From: Fibrobacteria bacterium
Lineage (GTDB): Bacteria; Fibrobacterota; Fibrobacteria; UBA11236; JADFYW01
Direction of reading: 5' to 3'
Length of the DNA stretch: 64,000 nt
Assembly (NCBI GenBank): GCA_050294405.1
Contig: JBNKOC010000028.1
Location: 96,001-160,000, forward strand
Part shown: piece after piece, positions 8,835 through 18,135 of the stretch
Layout: each line of letters opens with the position of its first letter
Numbering within the stretch: the stretch's first letter is position 1
Notes under the pieces: model-generated
The model's database searches: none
Told to the model about the DNA's origin: nothing
The model's input: only the letters and a program-made list of their open reading frames with translations
Made by a program: the position numbers and the translations under genes

Positions 8835-9684
8835 TTACATTCTCCCAGTTCAAAGTGCCGTTTTCTATTAGGCTTAGGTAAAAAGGATATTTTTTAATTA
8901 TTTCCTCAGACTGCCCCAGTGGACAATGCTTGAGGGCAAGGGCGCCGCCCTGTCTTTCTTCGGGAAAGGGGCTGGTTAAAGCTTTTTCAAACAGTGGCAA
9001 ATCTTCTTCGTTGGCCAAAAGGCATACGCAACGCCAAAGTTCGGGGTATACTAACCGTTTTGCGGCCCAGCGTTCTTTAGCATAATCAATTAGCATTTGT
9101 TTCAATTTTAGATTGGTTCTTTTTTCCAGTCCGTAAATTTTATACAAATTGGATTCCACAAAGAGTCCCTTTAAAACCATTTGATTCCAGGCGTCTTCTT
9201 CAAAATTTAAAAAGGGGTAGGGATTGTAATGAGCCACAGCTTCGTAATACATTTTGTTGTTGCTGCGCACGGCTTCCCGGGCTCGGTGGTAATGTTGTTC
9301 GGGATGGGCTAAAAGACTATGTGATTTATGGAGGGCTAAAGCCTCGCGCATATCCGAAGAAATCAAAATTTCATCTAAGAGTAAGCTAAAATGCCGGGCA
9401 TCATCTGTGGGGAGGGAAAGTAAAAAATATATTCGGGCGGCTTCATCCAAAGTAAGGTGGCAAGGATAAAACCCTTCCACTTGCAGCCCTGCTTCTTCCA
9501 ATTCTTCATGGCTTAAATTTAAGGCTTCTTTGCCAAGTTTTCGAAAGGCCATACCAAAAACGGGAAAAATTGAATTTTCATTGCTACTGGAGCGGAGCTT
9601 TTGAGCTGTGTCTTGAACCCAATTCCAATTTTCGCCGCTGGTCCTGTCTTTTATCCAACCAGCAAATAGTTCTTTAATTCCCAT
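8818..9684 (-). CDS. eboA: EboA domain protein
   Basis: EAVRSN...EAVAHYNPYP...WNQMVLKGLF...GLEKR.N..L..ML.DYAKERWAA.R.V.PELWR. Confidence 0.85.
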   Translation of the reverse strand: MGIKELFAGWIKDRTSGENWNWVQDTAQKLRSSSNENSIFPVFGMAFRKLGKEALNLSHEELEEAGLQVEGFYPCHLTLDEAARIYFLLSLPTDDARHFSLLLDEILISSDMREALALHKSHSLLAHPEQHYHRAREAVRSNNKMYYEAVAHYNPYPFLNFEEDAWNQMVLKGLFVESNLYKIYGLEKRTNLKLKQMLIDYAKERWAAKRLVYPELWRCVCLLANEEDLPLFEKALTSPFPEERQGGALALKHCPLGQSEEIIKKYPFYLSLIENGTLNWENVNDPIL

Positions 9685-9878
9685 TATTCCCTAAATTTGA
9701 TTATTAATAAACTAACAATCCAGTTAAAAATTGGAAAATTTTGTGGAAAATTGCTGCTATTCCATGCAATTTTTGGGTGCGGGTTTTTGAAGCAAAGGCT
9801 AAGTTGAAAAGGTGGGCCTTTTGAACAAGGTTTGCTTAAATTTTTTAAAGAAATGCCATTTAGAAAAAGGCCAAATTT

Positions 9879-10304
9879 ATGAAGGTAGATTTCAAAGCTG
9901 CGGCAAAATGCAGTCGTGAGGGATGGTGGAAAACCTTGGTTCAATTCGAAAATTACCACGAATGGAACCCAATTATTTCCAGCCTGGAGGGTGGTCCAGA
10001 GCTCGATTCTAAATTAAATGCCACTTTGCAAATTGTGGGTCAAAGTAAAAAGAAGGCTTCTCTTAGCGTAACGGGCTCAGTTCCTTATAAATATTTGAGC
10101 ATCGTAAAACAAGAAAGTTTAGGGTCCTGGTGGGGCCAGACCGAATTTGTTTTCCGCCATGAAGAAACCCCTGAGGGAGAATTTCAGGTCATTTGCGAAA
10201 TATACTGCCATGGACTTTTTCTTCGTTTTCGCAAAGCCAGCGTGCGCGCCCAGCTGGAAAGAACGGTGAAAAAACTGGGCGAGCGACTTGTGGAGCAACT
10301 TTAA
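9879..10304 (+). CDS. SRPBCC (START-like) domain protein
   Basis: W..LVQFENYHEWNP.I..LEG motif. Confidence 0.7.
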   Translation: MKVDFKAAAKCSREGWWKTLVQFENYHEWNPIISSLEGGPELDSKLNATLQIVGQSKKKASLSVTGSVPYKYLSIVKQESLGSWWGQTEFVFRHEETPEGEFQVICEIYCHGLFLRFRKASVRAQLERTVKKLGERLVEQL

Positions 10305-10435
10305 AAATTGCCCTCGCAGCCGTGCGCTTCGTTCCACTCTTCCTCAAAATCCTCATTTATAACACATAAACTCCGGTTTCTCGTCATCGTGTGTCTCGCT
10401 CACAACTGCGATCATCAATTTTTTGAGATGTCCCT
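10303..10435. repeat. Palindromic intergenic element (RPE/MITE-like)
   Basis: Nested inverted repeats AAAAATTG/CAATTTTT, TCGCAGCCGTG/CACAACTGCGA (G-U pairs on the minus strand) and inner TTTAT-aacac-ATAAA; lies between convergent genes. Confidence 0.6.
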
Positions 10436-10462
10436 AGATTCATTTCAACTTTAAAAACGGCT

Positions 10463-11725
10463 CTAAGCGTTTTTTAAAGCCTGAATCCTTTCAAACAAAC
10501 TGGGGTGGGAATAGTGGTAGGCGCTGTACCAGGCGTGGGGAGTTAAGTTGCTCAAGTTTTTTTCGGCCAGTTTCAAGAGGGCGTTTTCCAAAGTCTCACT
10601 ATCGCCTCTTTGTTCTTTGGCGAAGGCATCCGCTTCGAATTCCTGCTTTCGGCTTCTGTATTTCATAAGCGGGCTCAAAAGAAAAATAAAGCTGGGAAAA
10701 ATAATGGAGGCCAAAAACAATCCCACATATTTTATCTCATTCACATCGCCAGTAAAACCAAATGTTCGGTACAAAACAGGCCATTCAATGGCTTTGCTGA
10801 ACACAAAAAGGCCAATGCCCATAAACAAAATGCTGGTGCCTAACATTTTATATATATGGCCTTTTTTATAGTGGCCCATTTCGTGAGCCAATACGCTTTC
10901 CAATTCATCTACGGTTAATTGATTCACCAAAGTATCGTAAAGCACGATACGCCGGAACTTTCCGAATCCGGTAAAATAAGCGTTGGAATGCGCGCTGCGA
11001 CGGCTGCCATCCATAACATAAATATCCTGAGCCGAAAAGTTGGCTTTTTTGGCAAGGGCCATAAGCCGAGTTTTTAGCTCCCCCTCTTCCAGGGGCTTAA
11101 ATTTGTTAAAAAGGGGCGCCAAAAATATGGGATATATAATTAACATCAGCATTTGGAAGGCCACAATTAAAATAAAGGCGTATACCCACCAGTTCTGTCC
11201 GCTGTTTTCCAAAAACCACAATAATGCTCCAAGCAAGGGAGCCCCAATCACCAAACTTAAGGCGGTTGATTTTAAAGTGTCCACTAAATACAATTTGAAA
11301 GTGGATTTATTAAAGCCAAATTTTTCTTCTAATACAAAAGTGTGGTACAAACTTATGGGCGCTTTTAAAATTTCCAATAAAAACATAACCGAAAAAAAGA
11401 ACAAAATTCCCTGCAGCAAATGAGAATGGCTTATTCCGGCTACATGCTCATGTATATACGGCAAAATGCCCGAAAACAATATAATTAATGTTAAAACTCC
11501 GGATATACATCGGCTCCAAATGTCAAAATTCAAATTTGCAAAAGAGTATTGCCTGGATTTGTCATAGGCTTCAGTGGTTATCTTTTCTTTAAAAAAATCG
11601 GGCACTTTGGGATGGTTTTGGATTTCTTTTTTGTTTAATACATCAAGACCCCAATGTATAAGCCATTCCAAAATAAAAAACGCCAGAAATAAATAAGTAA
11701 ATACGCTAACGCTCATAAAACTCAA
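10463..11725 (-). CDS. M48 family (Ste24-type) membrane metallopeptidase
   Basis: HEMGH, DGSRRSAHSNAYFTGFG, EFEADAFA, YSHPSLFERI. Confidence 0.92.
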   Translation of the reverse strand: MSFMSVSVFTYLFLAFFILEWLIHWGLDVLNKKEIQNHPKVPDFFKEKITTEAYDKSRQYSFANLNFDIWSRCISGVLTLIILFSGILPYIHEHVAGISHSHLLQGILFFFSVMFLLEILKAPISLYHTFVLEEKFGFNKSTFKLYLVDTLKSTALSLVIGAPLLGALLWFLENSGQNWWVYAFILIVAFQMLMLIIYPIFLAPLFNKFKPLEEGELKTRLMALAKKANFSAQDIYVMDGSRRSAHSNAYFTGFGKFRRIVLYDTLVNQLTVDELESVLAHEMGHYKKGHIYKMLGTSILFMGIGLFVFSKAIEWPVLYRTFGFTGDVNEIKYVGLFLASIIFPSFIFLLSPLMKYRSRKQEFEADAFAKEQRGDSETLENALLKLAEKNLSNLTPHAWYSAYHYSHPSLFERIQALKNA

Positions 11726-13152
11726 ACCTTTGCTTGTTGTGTTAATAGTGATTTTGGCTTTTTGTTTTTAACAAAGGCGTAAAGGCCGTAAAACAAAAAC
11801 AGCCAGGACACTTTGCTTATTACCAGCAGGTCCAGGAAAAAATTCTGATTTTGCAGGTAAAATACATCCATGTCATCATCTGGAAATTTTAGCACACTTG
11901 CCGAGGAAGAAATATTCCAGAGCCCAATTAAACCCGGCTTAATGTTTAGCTTTAATTTTTTTAATTCGTTTAAGTCTTCGTAGGACTCTTCCGTTTCGAT
12001 TTTAGGTCCCACCAAACTGAGGGAACCGTTTAAGACACTCAGCAACTGAGGGTATTTTGTTAATCCTGAAGCGGATAAAAACCGTTGCAGGCGGGAGGAT
12101 TTGCCGTGGCTGGATGCTTTGTATAGGTACACGAGATTGTATGTGGTGAATTTTTTAAGGTTTCGGCCTACACCTGAAATTTTTTCAAACACAAGTTTGT
12201 TACCCGTAACAAAAGTCCCCAGAGCAATTAAAAAAATAAGGGGAGCAAAAATGATTAGCAAAATAAGGCCGAGCCCAATATCCAAACATCGTTTGTAAAA
12301 GCGTTGGCTTAAGCTAAAGCGCATTTGCCTGATGGCTAAAAGGGGAATTCCCTCCAAATCCTGAAGTTTAACTCTGGAAAGGGTTAAGTCTAAAAGAGAA
12401 GGGACCACTTGAAATTGGCAACCCGTTTTCTGACAGATAGATAAAATGGACATGACCTTTTCGGAACTCAAATTGGGAACCGCTATAAATAACTTTTCTG
12501 CCTGGGTGCTGTTAATGATTTGCTCTAAATTTTCTCCCTCTCCAAGTATGGGCTCGGCTAAATGGTTGCCATTTTCTATTGGGTCGGTGATGTATCCATG
12601 GATGTAATACCCAAGCTTTGGTGTTTTGCTGAATTTATAAGCTAACTGTCTGGCTACTATTCCACTGCCGTATATTAGTATACCGGTGTGGGCCACGCCC
12701 ATTTTTGCCAATCTTGAATTAAATTTGAAAAATGAGTAGCGTTCAATAAGCAAAAAAATCAAAATCAAAATCCAGGCGATTATAAAAATTCCTCGGGAAA
12801 AAAACAGGTCGTCCGCCAGGAACAAAACAATCATAGTTACACAACATGCCATAAACCAGGTTTTAACCAAAGCCTGGAACTCCTTGATGTTAAGCATGCT
12901 TCGCTGGGGGTGGTACAAATCCATGACTTCAAAACCGATAAGCAGGCTAATAAGCGAAACCCCAAACAAAAGAGAATACCTTTGGTAATGGACCTTTTCG
13001 TACATGTCCACTGATAGCAGGGGGCCTAAAATATCCCAGAGGTAATAGGCTAAAACAAAGCTGAGCGAAATAGTCAGAAAATCCAAAAAAACATGAAATA
13101 TGGTTAAAATCAGGTGGTAATGAGGCCACTTTTTGATTTCTGGCTGTTCCAT
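11722..13152 (-). CDS. WcaJ/WbaP-like phosphoglycosyl transferase homolog with degenerate catalytic domain
   Basis: N-terminal TMs, CoA-binding-like IYGSG domain, KR.LD..L; PQL..VL.G..SLVGP and KPG..G remain but DE and KFRSM are lost. Start set at ATG 13152. Confidence 0.75.
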   Translation of the reverse strand: MEQPEIKKWPHYHLILTIFHVFLDFLTISLSFVLAYYLWDILGPLLSVDMYEKVHYQRYSLLFGVSLISLLIGFEVMDLYHPQRSMLNIKEFQALVKTWFMACCVTMIVLFLADDLFFSRGIFIIAWILILIFLLIERYSFFKFNSRLAKMGVAHTGILIYGSGIVARQLAYKFSKTPKLGYYIHGYITDPIENGNHLAEPILGEGENLEQIINSTQAEKLFIAVPNLSSEKVMSILSICQKTGCQFQVVPSLLDLTLSRVKLQDLEGIPLLAIRQMRFSLSQRFYKRCLDIGLGLILLIIFAPLIFLIALGTFVTGNKLVFEKISGVGRNLKKFTTYNLVYLYKASSHGKSSRLQRFLSASGLTKYPQLLSVLNGSLSLVGPKIETEESYEDLNELKKLKLNIKPGLIGLWNISSSASVLKFPDDDMDVFYLQNQNFFLDLLVISKVSWLFLFYGLYAFVKNKKPKSLLTQQAKV

Positions 13153-13251
13153 AGGCAAATAATTTAGGCATTTTATCGAATTATTGAAATATGGCAGTAT
13201 ATTTATGGCGGACACTCAATTTATTGAGTACTATAAGACTATAGTAGGGAG

Positions 13252-13743
13252 GTGGTTATGCAAAGAAATGCTATGCTAGCGTTTTGCCGGTTTTCCGGTA
13301 TTTTGCTTCTATTGATATCTTCCTCTTTTTCCTCAAAACAAAAAGTTTTTTTAGTCTTAAAAGAGCCCCTCAGGGACGACAACTCTGTGGTGGTTCGCCT
13401 CAGCAACCAGATGGAAGAAAATATCGAGCTGGAAGAGCAGCCCGAAACTCAGAATTTCGAAAACTTCCCTGGTTTTAATATTGTTTTTCAAAAATCCCGG
13501 AACCACTCCAAGCAGCGCATTATGGTTGAATTGCCTCAGGATGGAATGGTGAAGCTGGAAGTCTTTGATTTTTACGGGCGTCGTTTAGGAAGTTTTTACA
13601 ATGGATATCACGGTTCCGGGGTTTTGGTTTTGGATGAGGACGAAACCTGGAAATTTTTTAACCAATTTCATGGGGTTGCTTATTTTACGCTCAGTTTAGA
13701 CGATATTGTGGTATCGCGCAAACTGGTAGCAAAAATGGAGTAA
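13252..13743 (+). CDS. Secreted hypothetical protein with FlgD-Ig/T9SS-CTD-like C-terminus
   Basis: Signal-peptide-like N-terminus; ELPQDGMVKLEVFDFYGRRLG. Confidence 0.55.
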   Translation: MVMQRNAMLAFCRFSGILLLLISSSFSSKQKVFLVLKEPLRDDNSVVVRLSNQMEENIELEEQPETQNFENFPGFNIVFQKSRNHSKQRIMVELPQDGMVKLEVFDFYGRRLGSFYNGYHGSGVLVLDEDETWKFFNQFHGVAYFTLSLDDIVVSRKLVAKME

Positions 13744-16259
13744 TGGAAAAATTACATCTGGGCAAAAATAAGGTTTCGGGCCTTGCAAAAGGGACAGCTA
13801 TGTCCGTTTTGTTCTATTTGCTTTTTGGCTTTATTCCAATTATAGCCCAGAAAAATTTTACACTGGACCGAAGTTTGCCCGGCACCAGAATGTTGGGAAT
13901 AACCCTTAAAGACAGTTTATTGGATTTCGATGTATCCAACATGAGCGTAGATGGCTATGAAATCGAAAACGCCATTTATTACCAGGAAAACGAAGGCGTC
14001 ACACTGCTGTTAAAGGAAAACGTAATCGATGCCAGTTACAATGCTGAAATCACCGTGCTGAGTTTTGATAGGGAGCAAGGTTACCTGGAAATTAGTGTTC
14101 CTATGGACTATATCTGGCCCCTAGGTGCTGTAATTGCAGACACCTCCTTTGGAGGCTTTAGCCAGAAAATTCTGAACGCAAGCGAATTGGAATACCTTGG
14201 GGGTTATAAAAAATGGGCCTTGCAAACCGAGCCAGCCGGCTTTTTGGATATTGTGGAGCAATGCGATATTAGCTTCAAGAGCCAACCCAGAATTCAACTT
14301 TTTCCCATGGACTATTTTTGGGAAGGGGCTGTGGTAGGAGAATCAACCCTTCCTGAAGGGCCTCGATGGGTGGAAGGCCATCTTAAAACCCATGCCCGCA
14401 ATGTATCCTTTGTAATGCGGCCTAATCTTGAAGGAAGGTTAAAAATCCAGGATGGCCAAATTTTGCTCAGCGAATACTCATTGACCGGAGCTTTTGAAGC
14501 CAGAGCTTTACTAAGTGTGGAAACCAACAAATACGGGAAATTCAATCATGAGATGGAGCTTCCCCTTAACATCAGGCATGCCTTACCTCTGGATTCCGGG
14601 TTGGTGTTAACTATTTCCGAAAATTTGAAAATGAATTTTAATGTGGAATCTTTCGAACAGGGTTTTCGCAGCGAGTCCGAGTTAAAAATTTTAGGAGAAT
14701 TTCAGCTGGATGTTAATCTGGATGCGACTGGAAATTGGGTAACCAGCAACCATCAGCTAAACATTACTCCTTTAAATCTGGAGTCAGAATTCTCTCCGGA
14801 AAACATTTTTGCACGAGGCAAATTTAATGTTAGTTTAACGCCTAGCCTGGCATCCAGCTGGTTTGGGGAGATGGGCGTTGATTTTAACCCCAGTGCCATT
14901 AGCAGTATGGTTCAGGATAGCTCAGGAACTCAGGGATTGAACCGGCAATTAAACTATGCCCTGGATTTTAAAGCCCGTGGAAATTCCCTTTTAGCTGGAA
15001 AAAACTACGAGAAAACAACTTTTGAAGTGGCCCTTTTGGAGAGGCAAATTCTTTCTCCTCCCACCAGTTTAAACGGTATAGAAACTAGTTTTCTGGCTCA
15101 GGACTCTGCGGTTTTGAGCTGGATACCAGGTTCGGATGCCGGCCGATTTATTGTTCAAAAAAATACGTCCGGAGTTTGGAGTGATGTGGACACGGTTTTT
15201 TCACCAGCATTTTCAGCTGGAGGTTTGTTGCCCAACAGCCCATACCAATTCCGGGTGCTCCCCATGAACCGCTTTGGAATTGGGGCGCCGGTGGAAATGC
15301 ATTTTCGCACCTTGCCTGTAAACAGGCCTCCTCAATTGCCTCATGTGGCCTATCCTGTTTTAAACGACACCATTAGGCAGACTAGTGTGGAACTTAGTTG
15401 GGAATCAAGCGACCCGGATGTAAATGATGTTTTAAAATACACGGTTTACCTGGATACGGCAGCAGACCCCATCACCAAAATCCTGGAAAACAATCCTGAT
15501 AAAACCATCAACTATGCCGACCTGATTCCCGGTAAAAAATATTTTATAAAAATTGTGGTTACGGATGGTATGTATCTGGTTACAAGTCCGGTATGGTCTT
15601 TTTATTCAGCGCCCGTGGAAAAACCCAAAATTATTGAGGCAAAATCCAAAGAATATCCCCATAGCATCCTAATTCCAGAAGGAAAATTTCAACGGGAAGA
15701 TGGCAATGTGGTTCGCATTCACTCCTTTTTCCTCCAAAAATTCGAAGTGATTCAAAAGGACTTTAAACAGTCACAAGGTTTTAACCCCAGTTATTGGAAA
15801 GGCGACTCCCTGCCTGTTGAAAACGTAAACTGGGATCAGGCCATTAAATACTGCCAGGATGTTGGGGGAAGGTTACCCACAGAAGCAGAATGGGAGTATG
15901 CCGCTCGCGGTGGAAGCCGTAGCGAATTTTTCTGGGGCCAAAATAAAATTGAAGATTACGCCTGGTATTATGCTAATTCCGAAAAACGATCCCACAAAGT
16001 AGGGCAAAAAAAGCCAAATGGCTTTGGCCTGTACGATATGAGCGGCAATGTATTCGAATGGGTTATGGACTGGTACGGAGAATATTCTTCTCAGCAGATA
16101 GAAAACCCTGTTGGCATCGTGTCCGGTACCAAAAGAGTTACCCGCGGCGGGAGCTGGTATAGCGATGCCGGAAGTTTAAAATCCTCCAGTCGTTTTATGA
16201 ACAGGCCGGGATTTGCCAGTTTCAAATTGGGTTTTCGTTGCGCCTTTGACGTTGACTAA
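13743..16259 (+). CDS. Secreted protein with FN3-like domains and C-terminal FGE-sulfatase (SUMF1-like) domain
   Basis: LPVENVNW, RLPTEAEWEYAARGG, KKPNGFGLYDMSGNVFEW, RGGSW, GFRCA. Confidence 0.85.
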   Translation: MEKLHLGKNKVSGLAKGTAMSVLFYLLFGFIPIIAQKNFTLDRSLPGTRMLGITLKDSLLDFDVSNMSVDGYEIENAIYYQENEGVTLLLKENVIDASYNAEITVLSFDREQGYLEISVPMDYIWPLGAVIADTSFGGFSQKILNASELEYLGGYKKWALQTEPAGFLDIVEQCDISFKSQPRIQLFPMDYFWEGAVVGESTLPEGPRWVEGHLKTHARNVSFVMRPNLEGRLKIQDGQILLSEYSLTGAFEARALLSVETNKYGKFNHEMELPLNIRHALPLDSGLVLTISENLKMNFNVESFEQGFRSESELKILGEFQLDVNLDATGNWVTSNHQLNITPLNLESEFSPENIFARGKFNVSLTPSLASSWFGEMGVDFNPSAISSMVQDSSGTQGLNRQLNYALDFKARGNSLLAGKNYEKTTFEVALLERQILSPPTSLNGIETSFLAQDSAVLSWIPGSDAGRFIVQKNTSGVWSDVDTVFSPAFSAGGLLPNSPYQFRVLPMNRFGIGAPVEMHFRTLPVNRPPQLPHVAYPVLNDTIRQTSVELSWESSDPDVNDVLKYTVYLDTAADPITKILENNPDKTINYADLIPGKKYFIKIVVTDGMYLVTSPVWSFYSAPVEKPKIIEAKSKEYPHSILIPEGKFQREDGNVVRIHSFFLQKFEVIQKDFKQSQGFNPSYWKGDSLPVENVNWDQAIKYCQDVGGRLPTEAEWEYAARGGSRSEFFWGQNKIEDYAWYYANSEKRSHKVGQKKPNGFGLYDMSGNVFEWVMDWYGEYSSQQIENPVGIVSGTKRVTRGGSWYSDAGSLKSSSRFMNRPGFASFKLGFRCAFDVD

Positions 16260-16270
16260 AAAAGCTGGGC

Positions 16271-16969
16271 TTAGCCTTTTAAATCCACAATTTCTCCCAG
16301 CATTTCATCCTGAGATTTAATGGCGGCCAAATTGGCTTTAAGGCTGGCCTCATTGGCCATTTGTCCGGTTATCTGTTCGGCCAAATCCACATTGGAATTT
16401 TCCAAAGCGCCCTGGCGAACATCAGATGTTGCGGATAAACCGGGCTCTCCGCTATTGCTTGTAGCCTGCAGTAAGCCATCTGGTCCGGTTTTAAGTCCGT
16501 TGGGGTTATTAAATTCCATAACCATAATTTCGCCCACCTGAACCAATTCTCCCTCGCCGCCCTGGGCGAAAATTTTTCCATCGGGCTGGACAACGATGTT
16601 ATTGGAATAAGAAAGCTCGCCTTCCGCACCAGATACATAGTGCCCTTGCCCGTCGGTGAGCCTCCCATCTGCGTCAATTTGCATGTTGAGGCTGCGTGAG
16701 TAAAATTTTTCCCCTTCGCTATTTTCCAACTGGATAAAACCCGGGCCATTGACACTAACATCAAGAGGGTTATTAGTTATGCTCAAAGAGCCCTGGCGAA
16801 AATCCGATGAAATGGATTTAACTTGAGGCCCCGAAATACCTTCGGAAGATTCAGCCCTCTTTTGCTTGTACCCTTTGGTGTTTACATTGGATATGTTATT
16901 GGCACGAACATCGCTGTTCAGCAAACTGGCGTTTACGCCGTTTAACGAGGTGGAAAATCCTATGCCCAT
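16271..16969 (-). CDS. Flagellar basal-body rod/hook family protein (FlgG/FlgF-like)
   Basis: ANNISNVNTKGYK, QGSL..T.NPLDV...GPGF, QGALENSNVDLAEQ. Confidence 0.85.
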   Translation of the reverse strand: MGIGFSTSLNGVNASLLNSDVRANNISNVNTKGYKQKRAESSEGISGPQVKSISSDFRQGSLSITNNPLDVSVNGPGFIQLENSEGEKFYSRSLNMQIDADGRLTDGQGHYVSGAEGELSYSNNIVVQPDGKIFAQGGEGELVQVGEIMVMEFNNPNGLKTGPDGLLQATSNSGEPGLSATSDVRQGALENSNVDLAEQITGQMANEASLKANLAAIKSQDEMLGEIVDLKG

Positions 16970-16987
16970 GAGCTGTCCTTACCTTCT

Positions 16988-17016
16988 ATACTACCATCAA
17001 TTTTGCAAAAGGGCAA
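16988..17016 (-). promoter_or_regulatory. sigma70-like promoter of the rod gene: TTGCCC-17bp-TAGTAT with extended TG
   Basis: Read on the minus strand, 18 bp upstream of the ATG. Confidence 0.45.
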
Positions 17017-17061
17017 ATAGCTGGGCTGTCTCCCATGTATTAGCCCAAACAACACCAAAAA

Positions 17062-18135
17062 CTAAAGGGCTTCTTTGATTATTTCGAACACAATTTGCGG
17101 ATTGCACAAAGCCGGGCTCATTTCCATGGCCTTGATTTGCTCCTCTTTATTCTGAAAGGCTATTTTGATGGTCTCTAATAGGGCCTCGGGGGTGATCTTC
17201 TCTTCTTCCATAACCCGGCTAAAACCTTTGCTTTCAAATTCAGCCGCATTTTGGATTTGGTCTCCCCGACTGGCTTTAAGCCCCAAAGGAATTAGCAAAT
17301 GGGGAATTTTTAGGGCCAATAGTTCAAAAAGGGCGTTAGCTCCGGCTCTGGATATTGCAAAATCTGTGATTTTAAAAAAGTGGGGAAGTTCATCAGAAAC
17401 ATATTCAAACTGCAGGTAGCCCTCTTTTTTTAAATTTGGGTTTATCTGGCCTTTGCCACATACATGGATGATTTGAAAATTTTCGAGTAGCCCGTCCACA
17501 ATGCTAAAAATAGCCTTGTTAATGGCCTGGGCTCCTGAACTTCCACCCATAATCAAAAGCACGGGTTTTCCTTGCACGAACCCGGTAATTTGAAACCCTT
17601 TTTCCCTATTTCCAGATAAAACTTCTTGCCGGACAGGAATACCAGTAACATGGCATTTCTTCTGAGGCAAAAAACTTTTGGTTTTTTCAAAAGCCAGGCA
17701 ATATTCTGAAATAAAGGGGCCGGCAATTTTGTTAGCCAGTCCTGGGGTGATATCCGCTTCGTGGGCAATTACCTTAACCCGCCACACAAAAGCAGCAGCC
17801 ACCACGGGCACACTAACAAAGCCCCCTTTGGAAAAAACAATGTTAGGCCTTAGTTTTCCAAATAAAAAAAGGCATTGCAAAAAGCCCAGGAATACTCTGA
17901 AAATATCCCAGAAATTTTGCCAGTCAAAATAACGCCTTAATTTTCCCGTAAAAATAGGGTAATAGGGAATGTTGTCTGGAACTATTTTTCTTTCGATTCC
18001 GTACTTGGATCCCACATAAAATACATTCCAATTTTCTTTGGAAAAATGGGGAAGCAGGGCTATGTTAACCATAACATGGCCTGCTGTTCCGCCGCCGGTT
18101 AGCAGTATTCTTTTAGGAAGAGGATTTTTTTTCAA
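17062..18135 (-). CDS. murG: UDP-GlcNAc:lipid I N-acetylglucosaminyl transferase
   Basis: TGGGTAGHV, GKLRRYF, FSKGGFVSVPV, GGS.GA, SRAGAN, DQIQNA. Confidence 0.95.
   Translation of the reverse strand: MKKNPLPKRILLTGGGTAGHVMVNIALLPHFSKENWNVFYVGSKYGIERKIVPDNIPYYPIFTGKLRRYFDWQNFWDIFRVFLGFLQCLFLFGKLRPNIVFSKGGFVSVPVVAAAFVWRVKVIAHEADITPGLANKIAGPFISEYCLAFEKTKSFLPQKKCHVTGIPVRQEVLSGNREKGFQITGFVQGKPVLLIMGGSSGAQAINKAIFSIVDGLLENFQIIHVCGKGQINPNLKKEGYLQFEYVSDELPHFFKITDFAISRAGANALFELLALKIPHLLIPLGLKASRGDQIQNAAEFESKGFSRVMEEEKITPEALLETIKIAFQNKEEQIKAMEMSPALCNPQIVFEIIKEAL

Noticed and set aside
9684..9959. 91-aa minus-strand ORF upstream of eboA
   Set aside because: Overlaps the divergent SRPBCC gene and promoter region; no family features
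16130..16259. FGE/CLec C-terminus as a DGR variable region
   Set aside because: No template repeat (AAC-rich near-copy) or reverse transcriptase seen in the window; a remote DGR cannot be excluded
17001..17010. Recurrent TTTTGCAAAA palindromes (also near 1546)
   Set aside because: Expected by chance in AT-rich DNA and also found inside coding regions
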